From contig OZ024743.1 of assembly GCA_964016885.1 (NCBI GenBank), positions 168,020,001-168,084,000 of the forward strand: DNA of 64,000 nt, read 5' to 3'. The stretch comes from Eledone cirrhosa (lineage: Eukaryota). The notes beneath the pieces were generated by a model that made no database searches, had not been told where the DNA came from, and was given only the letters and a program-made list of their open reading frames with translations. The position numbers and the translations under genes are program-made. Positions 28,560 through 40,962 of this stretch are shown one piece after another; within the stretch, counting starts at the first letter, position 1, and the number at the start of each line of letters is the position of its first letter.

Positions 28560-29010
28560 TCAGATTACAACAATATTACTATTATTCCAAACATCAGTTT
28601 CACTACCATTAATAATGTGATTATTCCCAAGATTAACGAGTGTTGCATTTGCGATATTATGAATGGAAATACATTCAGTAATTGTATTATTGTAAACCAA
28701 AATGTTATTGCTTTAATATTATTAGTCGTACTATTACCTAAATTATTTCTAGGGGATCCAATATTAGTTATTAATATACTATTTGATCTAAAGGAATTAA
28801 GTTCCTTTTTATTATTCATTGCTATATACTCCGCCAAATTAGCGTTTGTAGAAAAGGACAATTTCACATCATTTCTATTTAGTATCTTATAATATCTATG
28901 GTTGGGAGGAAAATTCTTTTCCACTATATCAAAAATAACTTAGATATATTGGAAGCGACCTGAATACCGAATAGAGGATTATACCAAATGCACTTTTTCC
29001 TTCTTAATTT
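28560..29010 (-). mobile_element. PLE fragment (RT-EN linker)
   Basis: EKNFPPNHRYYKILNRNDVKLSFS, homologous to DKHFPISHRYPKILNRKTIKLSYS in the 12.6-kb PLE; upstream IWYNP motif. Confidence 0.7.
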
Positions 29011-29151
29011 AAGCCTTATATTATAATTACTCGATTTAATTAGTGTATCATCTACGATACTATCTACTTTATCAATTGAGTTTAGTTTTAGTTGTCATTT
29101 AATAGTTGGTTTAGACGAATTATCAATTTTAGTCATTGTATTCTTATTTTC

Positions 29152-29222
29152 GTAAGGGACCGTAACTCTGTGCTGCAAAGCATGCCGTCCGACCCTCTAC
29201 CGATACTTCCAATTCACCGCCT
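29152..29222 (-). mobile_element. SINE 5' part
   Basis: Matches the SINE head (GACCCTCTACCGATAC..CCAATTCACCGCC). Confidence 0.8.
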
Positions 29223-29245
29223 TATAAAAATAATAAGAAGAATGA

Positions 29246-30973
29246 TTTCTTTATTGGCTACTAGGGCCCACATATAGGGGACAAATGCAAAACAACAAGG
29301 ACAGTGGAGGTTTAAAGTGAAACTTGAAAAGGTCGATGAAGGATTGGCCAAAGAGAGAAGTGTCTGTCTTCAGTCCTTTCAACCTGGTCCACCATACAAC
29401 CACTTTCGCTACTGCCACCAGACAGCAAATTTGCCTGCCGTTCCTGGCCAATAGAAGGCGGCAAGTCTATTTCCACTATGGACTCGGCCGATAGCCGGAT
29501 CCATTCTACACGCAACAACAGCTGTACGGCAGAGATATGCACGGACGTTGGACAAGTGCGTGCAGAACGGCTCCGTCGCTCTGTGCGCATTTCGGGCAGG
29601 TCCGTCTGACAGCACTTCCGTGCATGTAGAGATTATCTCGAACCGGCAGCTCACCCGGCAGTACTGCCAAGCGAGAGATTTCTGAGAGTTATCCATCGTC
29701 CCGACTCGAACGTCCTCCGGAACAGACTGTTCAGTTCGACTTCGTCGACGACCAGAGCCTCTCTGAGTGTGTCCTCGCACTTGCCCACCATTAATCCTCT
29801 ATAGAACTCGAGTGTTGAAGATCCATTGACTACATTGCCCGCCAGGGAGAGGGTAGTGGGCACCTGGCAACATTCCAGGTTCCTGACACCCAGGCTTAGT
29901 CTCTTCTTGACCAAGGACTGCAGCTCAGTCAAAGAGACAGGCTGTGGAAAGGTCTGTCGCACAAACAGCGACCACACTTGTTCGCCGTTTAGGCAGAAAA
30001 TCTGGAGATTCCGCAGCCTCAATGCAGGTTTGTGCGCGCTTATCCACGGCATACCCAACCCTCCACGTAGAAGGGGCTGGCAACAGAATGACAGCCTCAT
30101 CAACGGAATCTGTCCCCTCCAGAAGAAGTTGAAGAGGAGCTGCTGCAATTTGGCGAGGGGAAAATGAGGGCAAGGCAAGACGGTCAGGCGGTAGTAGATG
30201 ACGAACGCGATGAACGCGATTGCCAACTTCACCCGACCTTTCAGGGACAGCTTCCTCTCAGTCCATTTCTGGGTGAGAGTGACGCCCAGACGACGCTGTT
30301 AGACAACGTGGATTTGCCTCTTCAGATGCCGAGTTGGAAGCCTACTGATATTTCAGGGTTTAGTTTTTCTACCGTCAACCTTTCTCCAAGAAGGTTCCCA
30401 CCACCTCAATTTCTAAGGTGTGTGACATCATGGTGATGTCGTCCGCATACGCCGAAACAGCCCTTCCGCGTCCCGGTGCAAGTGGGATGCCTTGCAACAT
30501 CTCCTGCTTCCGTAGTAAAGACTCAAGAGTCAATACGTACAGAAGAGATGAGAGAGCACCCTTGATGGGACGATCGGGAGATCTGAAACTGTTCCGAAAG
30601 ATGGCCATTAATTTTGAACACCGAGCAGCCCTCCAACTTCTGAAGACAGGACCGAAACCAGCTGCGTTGAGCACAGATTCCAGGTATCGATGGTCGACCC
30701 TTTCGAAAATTTCCGCTGAAGTTATCTACTTTTCGCAACGCTCAGAATCAGCCGTCGAGAGACCACGGTAGGCCGCCGAGGTGGGGATGAAGTCCGCCAC
30801 CTTCTCCAACCCACCACTCCCCCCGAACAGCCGAGCAAAGTGCTGGTGAAAGGCCTCACACATCTACCTGGAATCGTTTAGCTCGAGTCCTTCTCGGTGT
30901 GTCTCGGTCCGTCAAAGGCCGAATTGTGGTTTTGTTATCACGCTGCGCCTCTGCCACGCGGGTCCATCAAACA
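29246..30973 (-). mobile_element. L1/Tx1-clade LINE 3' fragment, internally deleted
   Basis: SAYADD, YYRLTV, GGLG and WWTRLKG motifs; tail AATAAAGAAATCATT. Confidence 0.85.
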
Positions 30974-31056
30974 GCATCCGTTTCCTATAGCCTTTTCCAT
31001 GGGGTTACTCTTCAGGTAACATTTCATGACAGTTCTATTCAATTCTTTCGTCCAAA

Positions 31057-32576
31057 TTGGAGACGATGAGGGGGTCCCGCGCGAACTGGGATGTGGGAGA
31101 TCCGTATCGGCTTACACCGACGACGTCACCGTGGTGGTGTCAAGCACCAGACATGTCCAGATGCTCGGCACCGCTCTCAAGGAGTATGAAGCAGTGACAG
31201 GAGCAGTGATAAACCAGGAAAAGCCGACAGCCTCATGGGGCGCTGGTCGGAAGGACCGGTTAAATTGCTCTGGGTCTGGTTCGGTCCGGACCTCCGGATG
31301 GAGAAAAAATGGAACGAGGTGACGAACAGGGTGGCTTCTCTCACCCAGAAATGGGCCGAGAGGAAGCTGTCCCTGAAAGGTCGGGCAGAGGTAGCGAATG
31401 CGTTCATCGCATCCCTCATCTGGTACCGCCTAACCGTTGTGCCTTGTCCCGGCCCAACTCTGAGAAAAATGGAGCACCTCCTCTTCCGCTTTTTATGGAA
31501 GCGACGTGCTCCCATGGTCAGACGATCCATCTGCTGTCAAAACCCGTTGCGTGGAGGGTTGGGTGTGCCGTGGCTGATGATGTGCAAACACGCGCTGAGG
31601 CTGCGACATCTCTGGCGCTTCATTGACCGTGAACAGGTGTGGTCACCGTTTGCCAGACGTGTTTTTCCACAGCTCGTCTCATCAACGGAGCTACACTTCT
31701 GGATCAGGAAAAGACCGAGGGATAGCGCTTGGAAGCTGGAATGTCTCCAACCGCTCACAGCCTACTACCAGCTGGGCACTCATATCCGTGGAACATCAAC
31801 CTCGGCGTTCTATAGAGGAGTAGTGTAGGGGAAGAATGACGATGCCCTTGGGAGACCCTGGGCGTCGAAGACGATCAGCTGTTCGCTCTCTTCAAGAGAA
31901 CTTTCAGCCCGGGGCCTACGGACAACTTCTAGAAATATCTGGCAGTGCTACCGGGGAGATAAGCTCTACACGGAAGTGCCGTCAGCCGAACTTGTCCGAG
32001 ATGCGCACAGAGCGACGAAACCGTCCTGCACGCACTCGTTCAGTCCGAGCATTGCTGACTTGTGGAGCTATGTCGGACATTTGCTGTCACGTGTAGGACG
32101 GATCCGGTTATCGACTGAGTGCATTGTGCAGATAGTCCCGCCCTCCTCCTTTAAGGAGGAGGCAGTTTTCATCTGTCTGGTGGACAAGGTTGAAAGGATT
32201 GAAGACGAACACTTTCCTCCTAGGCGAATCCCTGATTAACTTTTTCGAATTTCACTTGAAGAGGAAAATCAGGGTGGAGAGACAAGTGCAGTCTTCTAGT
32301 AAGTTTGTTGAAAGGTGGGTGAAAGTGGCGAGTCTGGTCCGAGTGAACGGGCCCGCTCTGAGTATGCGCCTGTAGAATGAGGAGTGGAAAACATAGAGGG
32401 CGCTTGCCCTGGTGGTCAGGGTGGCCGTGGTCTTTTGAGTGGTTTTCGTCACGAGTTTGAATTTGTTTGAATTTGTTTGATATTTCTTTGATATTTCTTT
32501 GATATTTCTTTGTATCGTCCTGTACCGGCTGTAATGTTTTTCTTCATGTTAGCCCTTGTGGCCAATAAAGAAACCA
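31057..32576 (+). mobile_element. L1/Tx1-clade LINE 3' fragment
   Basis: SAYTDD, LSLKGRAEVAN, GGLG; tail GCCCTTGTGGCCAATAAAGAAACC then (TAT)n. Confidence 0.88.
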
Positions 32577-32605
32577 TTATTATTATTATTATTATTGTTA
32601 TTACT

Positions 32606-34938
32606 CCTTGAGTCTCAGTCATTGATGTTAGTTAACTGGAAAGTTTGTTTGAATGAATATCAAGCCACTACCTGCAGCCTCAGATATTCAGGACGTATCG
32701 GAGGGTTCTTGCTGTTCCCAGCAAGCATGCCTTTTGAAGCGTTCCAAAAAGCGTGAAGGGGCCGATTTTCTTTAACCATCCCTGGAAACTTTTGGAGATA
32801 GTCCCTAGTGCGCCTATGACAATCGGGATCACTTTGACTTCATGGCGGTTCCAAATCCTTTTTACCTCCCACTTTAAGTCCTGGTATCGGTTAATTTTCT
32901 CCCTCTCCTTCTCTTGCACTCTCGTGTCGAATGGGCAAGCCACATCCACAATCGGGCACGATCTTTTTTCTTTGTCCACAACCACCAGGTCAGTTCCAGT
33001 TTCTTGTCCGTCTGTATCCTAAAATCCCACAGCATCTTCACCTGATCGTTCTCTATCACCGCTTCTGGCTTATACTCATACCATTTCTCAGAATGTGGTA
33101 AATTGTTTACTTTGCACAGGTGCCAGTGGATCACCCTGCCCATCACATCATGTCTCCAGCCCTTATAGTGGGTCTGGGCTAGGTGTTTACACTCGGTTAC
33201 AATGTGAGCCACAGTCTCCTCTCTCTCTCCAGAGATCCTGCACAGTGGGCTAGCCTCCTCCTTGTAAATATGGTGTTTCAACCACTTAGTTTTGAGGGCC
33301 TGCTCTTGCGCAGCCATTAACATTCCTTCTGTAGCCTTTTTAAGGTCTCCTCTTTTCAACCAGTTCCATGTCTGTGGATATCTAAATTCAGTTTTCTCAA
33401 AGAAGGTACTATGAAGGGATTTTCCTGAAGGCTGCTCTTTCTCCTTGATGTTATTTCCTCCTTGGACATCCTCTGGCCTATTTCCCCTCCTTCAGTACAG
33501 TTCTGAGCATTGGCTCCTTACTATCAGTCACGTATTTGTGTAGGTTGTTTTTCTCCATCTGAACACAGTCCTCTATGCTGATAAGACCTCTTCCACCCTC
33601 AGATCTCCTTAAGTAAAGTCTATCGACATCACTCCTCTTGTGGAACATGTTGTAGATAGTCAATAGCTTCCTAGTCTTCCTATCCATTTCTTTTTGTTCA
33701 GCAACATTCCATCTCAGAATTCCCGCACTGTACCTAATAATAGACACAGCTCGGGAATTTACTGCGCTTATGGCATTTCTGCTGTTCAGATGTGACTTCA
33801 ATACGCTCCTTACTCTCCGAATGTATTCAGTTCTTAACCATTCCTTCATCTTTTTGTTCTTTATGCCATCAGCCTCCAGAACGCCCAAATACTTGTATCC
33901 TTCCTCAGAGTCAATTTCCTTTATCATCTCACCTGTTGGTATCTGGATTCCGTTACTTCTGCTCAACCTACCCCTCCTCATCACAATGACTCAACACTTA
34001 CTAATACCAAATTGCATACATATATCACTTCTGAAAATACGGACAGTGTCAACAAGCACATCCAACTCCTTCTCACTCTTCCCGAAGAGCTTAAGATCGT
34101 CCATGAAGAGGAGGTGATTGATGGTAAGCCCTCCCTTTCCCAACCTGTATCCTGCCCTCACTTTTCGCAGTACACTGGTCAGGGGCATCAGTGAAAGGAC
34201 AAACAACAGAGGGGACAGGCTATCTCCCTTGATCTTCATCTTCCCAAGGATTCTCCAGTTGATGTCAACTCTGTTTCCCAGGACCTCATACTTTTGCCCA
34301 ACAACTGTCTGATGTTATCTGCCACATTGAAGATCTCTAGGCTTTTGGTGATCCAAGAATGAGGCACCATGTCAAATGCCTTTCTGTAGTCTATCCATCC
34401 CATGGCAAGATCAGTGTGTCTCCTCCTGCAATTCCCCATTACCATCTTATCAATAAGTAACTGGTCCTTTGTACCACGTGACTTCTTTCGGCATCCTTTC
34501 TGTTCGTCCGGTAACAAGTTGTTTGTGTGGAGGTAATGGTAGATTTCCTCAGACACAATGCTCGTCAACAGTTTCCACATTACGGACAGACATGTGATAG
34601 GTCTATAGTTGGTAACATCATTACCCTTGATTCGGTCTTTCATTATCAGAACTGTGGTACCTTTTGTCAACCACTCTGGTACCTCACCTGACATCAAGCA
34701 GTCATTGAACATGGTTGTCAGTTTCGGGTGGAGGGATGTTATATTTTTAATCCAATACCCCTGCACACCATCTGGGCCTGGTGATTTCCAGTTGGTTAGT
34801 TTTTTGGCCTGCCCCTTAAGAGTTTCAACTGTGATACTCAAATCAGTTTGTTGGTGTGCCTGTTCACTGATCTCCTTCTGTACTGTCTCAACCCACACTG
34901 CCTGGTCATTATGTCTAACATCCTGCTCCCATATTCCT
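32606..34938 (-). mobile_element. R4/Dong-type non-LTR element (RT + REL endonuclease), family A, 5'-truncated
   Basis: WKSPGPDG, YRPITCL, WIDYRKAFD, LFMDD, YKYLG, GGRGL, CR..GEREETVAHIVTEC, RHD and D..CPFD...K..RYQDL (REL). Confidence 0.88.
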
Positions 34939-34939
34939 T

Positions 34940-37900
34940 GGCGACCTACGTAGTAAATCGTAGCATCGTGAGCTCCGCAAAGGCTTGTTATTTTCAGTTG
35001 TTTAAAATTCCCATTTATGGAACATTCTTATTGTTAACTGTATATAAGTGCACATACATTGTTATCTGAAAAGGACACCCAAAAAGATTAGGGCCTTGAG
35101 TCCAAAATTTAAACTTTTATAATTATCAAACAAAAATTTTTCTTTGAAAAATCATGGACGACTCAGGGTCACTCCTTCCTCACAAACTAACACCTCACAC
35201 CGACACCACCATTGTAAATATTACTACGTTTGCCAACATTATAAATATAAGCAGTAGTAATATTTTAAATTTGTCTCAGGCAATGACTGCAGGTGTTAAA
35301 GCCACCACCACCACCGCGACAACCCCCCCCCCCCCCCCCCCCCGCGACAACCCCCCCCACCACCACCACCGCGACAACAGAAACAAAAGAAAAAAATAAA
35401 TTAACTCGTGATATCGAAATGAATTCAACCAAAATGAACTCTCCCACACCTAACACCACTGACGCCACCACCACCACAACTGAAACTAAAATTAACAATA
35501 ACAAAAATAACAATAACAACAACAACAACAATGAAATTAAGAAAACCACCTTGAGTTTTGCCAGAGTAGCAGAACAGTGCGAAGCATTTCAGGTAACTCA
35601 GGAGGAATTAGAAGAAGCCAAAAAAATGGTAAAGAAAGATGGGTACAGGGTCAGCACCCCCCCCTAATAAAATAGAGCATCGGCGCCTATGCACCGTGTC
35701 TTATCGAACAATTAACATAAAATCGCGCCGAGTGGAACGGGCATCCGAGTCCCAAATCCAAAAAGCTTTGGGACATGTGTGGGCAAAAAAAAACCCCACA
35801 TCAGACGTGGGCAGAAATATGGAACCGTGGACGTGTTCTTTGAAACACCACAGGAGGCTAGAGAACACACCATGGCCCCATTAAGAAGTGACGACTTCAC
35901 ACTCGTCCCAAGCTATTGTGGCCAGAGACTCGTAAAGATCAGGGTGACCCACGTTCCACCGGCCATCGAAATTCCCTTGCTAATAGCTGCAGTCCTCGCC
36001 GGCATCGAAGCCAACACCAAGTAATCGAAATAGCGAAAGAAAAGCAGGAGAACTGGTCCGGATCTGGGATGAGGCTCCTGATCCAAGCGGACCAAAAAAG
36101 CATTGAGGAGATCCCAGACGTAATAGACCTCACTGACGGCAGCCACCTAACCGTAATAGTCGAGGGCAGAAGGCCTAGGTGTGTCGTTTGTGGTGAAGGA
36201 ACCCACCTAAGGGCTTTCTGCCCTCAGGCTAAAAGGTTGAGGCCACCTCTCTTACCCACCCCAGTGACTCAACCATCAACACCACCAGCAGCAGAGATGG
36301 CAGCAACAACTGTAGCAGTAACAACAGAAGCAACTGTAACAGCAACAACCCCAGCAACAGTAGCAGAACCGACACCACCACCATCCAACGTCCCAGAACT
36401 AGCACCAGCGCCTACACCACCACCACGCCACAACCAAAATCAACGCCCGTGGAGGATTTTGCACTCCCCGGCCTATCACAACTGGAGACAGATTGTGACG
36501 ACGAGGAGTGGGAAACGGTATCAGGAAAAAAGAAAAAAAGAAACCAAAAAAGAAAAAATTATCTTCCTTCCACCTCCAAAAACAAAATACAGAGGGAAAC
36601 AAATAAACTAATAAAACAAAAAAGTTAGGACAGATATGCCACCATCCACACCAGCATCACCAACCCCATCACCACAAACACCAACACCATCACCATCATT
36701 AACCCCAACACCACCATCACCTACACCACAAAATTCACCAAAAAGCGAAACAGAAACAAACCCACAACAATCGCAAACAAAACAACCAAAACGATACACA
36801 CTACACAGCATTAAATTTGAACAACAAGCAATTATTACACTACATCCAACACAACACCAGCATCACAGAAAAAGAATACACAACAACCCAAAAGTTCACA
36901 CCACCTCCACACATACAAATCATTCGCATCACACAGAAAACGTACACGACACTAAAACAAAAAATTCCCCAAAGATATCGGAGACTTCCGACAAACACTC
37001 TCCAGGAGGATTTATAAGGACATCCTTCCGGAGGAGGCCACAAGCAGTGAAAAGGATGGACGAACCATCCTTCCTCTACGAGAAGTAAGGTAAGTGGTCT
37101 TTCCCATCCTTTCCACTCCATTTCAACATGACCTTACTCAGAATAGGCAGCATAAATGCGCATGGCTTGGGGTCGTCATGGAAGCAGGGCCACCTGCTCA
37201 ACGACCTCAGGTCACTAAACATAGATGTAGTGGCCATCAGCGAGACCAGAATCTCCGAAGTACGAGCCTTCGCACCGATCTTCGGCGGCTACGATGTGTA
37301 CGCATCTCCCAGCCGTCCGGGATCGGGGGGAGGAGTTGCTGTGCTTTTTCGGAGAGGTTTGCAACTCGCCATACGGGCCATCATCGTGGACCCAGAAGGT
37401 AAGTTGGTGGTGCTGGACATGACCAGCGGAGACGGGAAAGCTTTCAGGCTAGTGGCCGTTTATGCCCCGAGAAGAAGAGGGCGGCCTGATTTCTTCCGGC
37501 GTCTGGAGACCTTTCTTGGAACGTCCCGCTCGTTAGTGTTAGTGGGCGACTGGAACGGGATCTTAGATGCACGCTGGGACTGTGTGGGATCAGCGGATAG
37601 GGGAGGAGGGTGCAAGAGCCTCACCAACCTGCTCAGGTGTTTTGAACTGTCTGACAGGTACCGATTGGATTTCCCGAAATGCCAATGTGGACTTGGACAA
37701 ATCGCACAGGGTCATCCAAATCATATCTAGAGTATTTTGTAGGGAAATAGATAGGTCTAGCATAGGCTGTCCACAATTAAAGATAGTCAGCTACACGGAC
37801 CACAAATTCGTGATCTGTGTGCTTGACTTAGATAGGCTTCATAGACGAGTACCCGGCTACTGGAAGCTAAACGCGTCCTTACCAGCGCGCAAGGCCTACA

Positions 37901-40788
37901 GAGACCGGATTAGCGAACTAGTTAAGCGGGAGTTGACGGGGGCCATCGTCAACAACAAGTGGTGGTTTTCTCTGAAAAGAGCAATTAGAATAGAGTCCAT
38001 TAGGTTTAGTAACGCTTTAGCAATAGAGAAAAATAGAGCAGAGGGAGAATTAGTTAGAAAATTAGACGAGGCGCTTAGCAAAGGCATTGCGACCGACGTA
38101 CTTGCGGCGAAATTGGCCCTTGACCAGTTCTTCAATGCAAAGCACGAAGGCTGCGTTGTCAGAGCTAGGGTGCGTGATCTTAGACACGAGGGGACGAAAG
38201 CCGTTCAATGGACCCGAGTGGGGGGTATACGTCGTGGCAACAAAGCCACGATCCGGTCTTTGGTGGACCACGACCGGCGCATGCTACTCGATCCCGGGAA
38301 AATGTGTGAAGCTTTTCAGCGACACTTCGCACAGCTGTTCGGGGGCAGCGGCGGGCCGGATCGATGGATGGACTTTAGTGTCTACCTCGACGGACTACCG
38401 CGGCTCTCGGCCACTGAGGCGGAGTGTTGCGAAAAGCCGATAACAGCCGCTGAAGTACGGGAGGCAATGACTGGCTGCACAAGGGGTAAATCGCCTGGTT
38501 TGGATGGTCTGCCCTATGAACTTTACGTACAAATGCCAGACTTGTTCGGAGGCCTCTTGGCGGACGTCTACTGCAACTGGCAACAGAACGGGAGAATTCC
38601 CAGCTCTGTGAGCCGAGGAGCTGTGGCGCTGCTGAGAAAGGATCTGAACAAGGGGGATAACATAGATAATTTCAGGCCCATAACTCTGATAAACACAGAG
38701 TTCAAGATTTTGGCCAAGGTGCTAGCAAAGAGGTTGGCGCTTGTCGTTGGTGGTCTGGTGGGAGAGGCGCAGACATGCGTGGTTCCCGACAGATCCATCC
38801 ACGACAACCTCCACCTCATGTGATACATCGTAGAGAGGGTAGCTAGGGAACCTGGCACGGGTGTGTCCTTGATCAATTTAGATCAGTCGAAAGCTTTCGA
38901 TAGAGTCAACCATCGTTACCTAGCGGCAGTCCTGAGAGCGGCTGGCTTTGGGCCCGTCTTCAGAGGCTGGATCGCTGCCATGCACAGCGACATCTGCTCT
39001 GTGGTGAGAGTGAACGGTCACCTTTCGAAACCGTTCAACATCATGCGCTCAGTCCGCCAAGGATGTCCCCTCTCGTCCCTCTTGTACGTATTGACTCTCG
39101 AGTCATTACTGCACAAACTGGAGACGTTGAGGGGGGGGGGGGGGTCCCGCGCGAACTAGGAAGCGGAAGATCCGTGTCAGCACATGCGGACGATGTCAAC
39201 GTAGTGGTGTCGAACGCCAAACACATCGATGCGATCGGCACTACACTAAGAGAATACGAAGCGGCGACAGGAGCAATGATCAACCAGGAAAAGTCAGAGG
39301 GACTGCAGCTCGGCACCTGGAGAGGCAGGTCCATGCCGTCCAACAGCGTCTTCGGGCGCTGGACGGACGGACCGGTTAAATTGCTAGGGGTCTGGTTCGG
39401 TCCGGACCTCCAGACAGACAAAAATTGGGACGAGGTGACGAGCATAGTGGCTTCTCTCACCCAAAAATGGGCGGAGAGGAAGCTATCCCTAAAACGTCGA
39501 GCGGAGGTGGCTAACATCGCGTTCGTCATCTACTACCGCCTGAATGTCGTACCTTGTCCTAAGCCCCGCCTGACTGCGCTGGAGCGTTTGCTCTTTCGCT
39601 TTTCGTGGAAGGGTGGCGCTCCGATGGTCAGGCGGTCCATCTGCTGTCAACTCCCGCTACGTGGAGGGCTGGGCATGCCGTGGCTGATGATGTGCAGACA
39701 CGCGCTCAGGCTACGACATCTCCACCTCTTCCTCGACGGTGATCAGGTGTGGTCGCCGTTTGCTAGACACGTCTTTCCCCAGCTCGTCTCCTTGACGGAG
39801 CTGCAGTCCTGGGTCAAGCGAAGACCGAGAGGGAGCGGTTGGAGACTGGAATGTCTTCAGGCGCTCACAGCCCTCGACCAATCGGGCAATGTGATCGGTG
39901 GAAACTCCACCTTGGCGTTCTATAGAGGATTAGTAGAGGGTAAGAGCGACGTCGTACTTGGAGAAACTCCAGGGGTCGACGAAAATGAACTAGCCAATCT
40001 CTTCGGAAGGGCTTTCGGGCCGAGGTCTATGGACAACTTACAGAAATCCCTGGCCTGGCAGTGCTACCGAGGAGCTTTCACAGTTCGGGATAAACTCTAC
40101 AGGCATGGAGGTGCCGTCAGCCGGGCATGTCCGAGATGCGCGAAGGGCGACGAAACCGTCCTGCACGCACTCGTCCAGTGTCCGAACATTGCTGACTTGT
40201 GGGTTTATGTCGAACACCTGCTGTCACGTGTAGGACGGATCCAGCTATCAGCTGAGTCCATCGTGAGGATTGCCCCGCCCTCTTCCTTTAGCCGGTAAGG
40301 GCAGGCATTTTTTATCTGTCTGGTGGACATGACAGATAGTATGGTGGACACCTTTGAAAGGGTTGAAGACGAGCACTTACCTCTTCGTTATGCCCTGATT
40401 AACTTTTTCAAATTTCATTTGAAAAGGAAAATCAGGGTAGAGAGGGAAGTGCTCTCTTTCCAGCATTTTGTTGAAAGATGGGTGAGAGAAGCAAGTATGG
40501 CCCGAGGGAATGGGCCTACTCTGAGTATCTGTCTGTAAATTAAAGGTGGAAAACTGGGAGAGGGCACTTGACCTGGTGGTCAGGGTCACTGTGGCCTTTT
40601 AATGGGCTTTCTCCACAAATGTCCCTCGGAAGTCTCCCACCTATTGGGGAACTTTTCATTGCTATTTTTTTATTACATCCTCTGTTTTTTTTACACGCAG
40701 TAATGCCCATTTGTACCGTCCTGTATTGTCCTCTACTGTCCTTAATGTCTACTTTATGTAAACGCTTGTGGTTAATAAAGAAAGCATT
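34940..40788 (+). mobile_element. Full-length but disrupted L1/Tx1-clade LINE (ORF1 ~35154-37088, ORF2 ~37128-40538)
   Basis: ORF1 has a CCHC knuckle CVVCGEGTHLRAFC. ORF2 has APE (SINAHGL, SETR, VYAP, GDWN, TDHK), GYWKLN, RT (KSPGLDG, FRPITL, DQSKAFD, RQGCPLS, ADD) and CPRC..ETVLHALVQC. Confidence 0.93.
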
Positions 40789-40804
40789 GTTTATATATAT
40801 ATAT

Positions 40805-40943
40805 GTTTCTATGTCTTTTTCTTTTTCTTTTTTTATATATGTTCTTTACTCGAACAAAACGCATATCGTACCGTCCTGTGCCGTCCTGTGCCGTCTGTAA
40901 TGTTTTTCTTGATGTCAGCCCTTGTGGCCAATAAAGAAAGCAT
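40805..40943 (+). mobile_element. Isolated second Tx1 3' tail
   Basis: Matches the 32510-32576 tail (CTGTAATGTTTTTCTT...GCCCTTGTGGCCAATAAAGAAA). Confidence 0.75.
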
Positions 40944-40962
40944 TATTATTATTATTATTATT

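Noticed and set aside
37086-37096. AAG|GTAAGT splice donor at the Tx1 ORF1 stop (both copies)
   Set aside because: Conserved only because the copies are paralogous; no matching acceptor AG follows the adjacent pyrimidine tract, and there is no transcript evidence.
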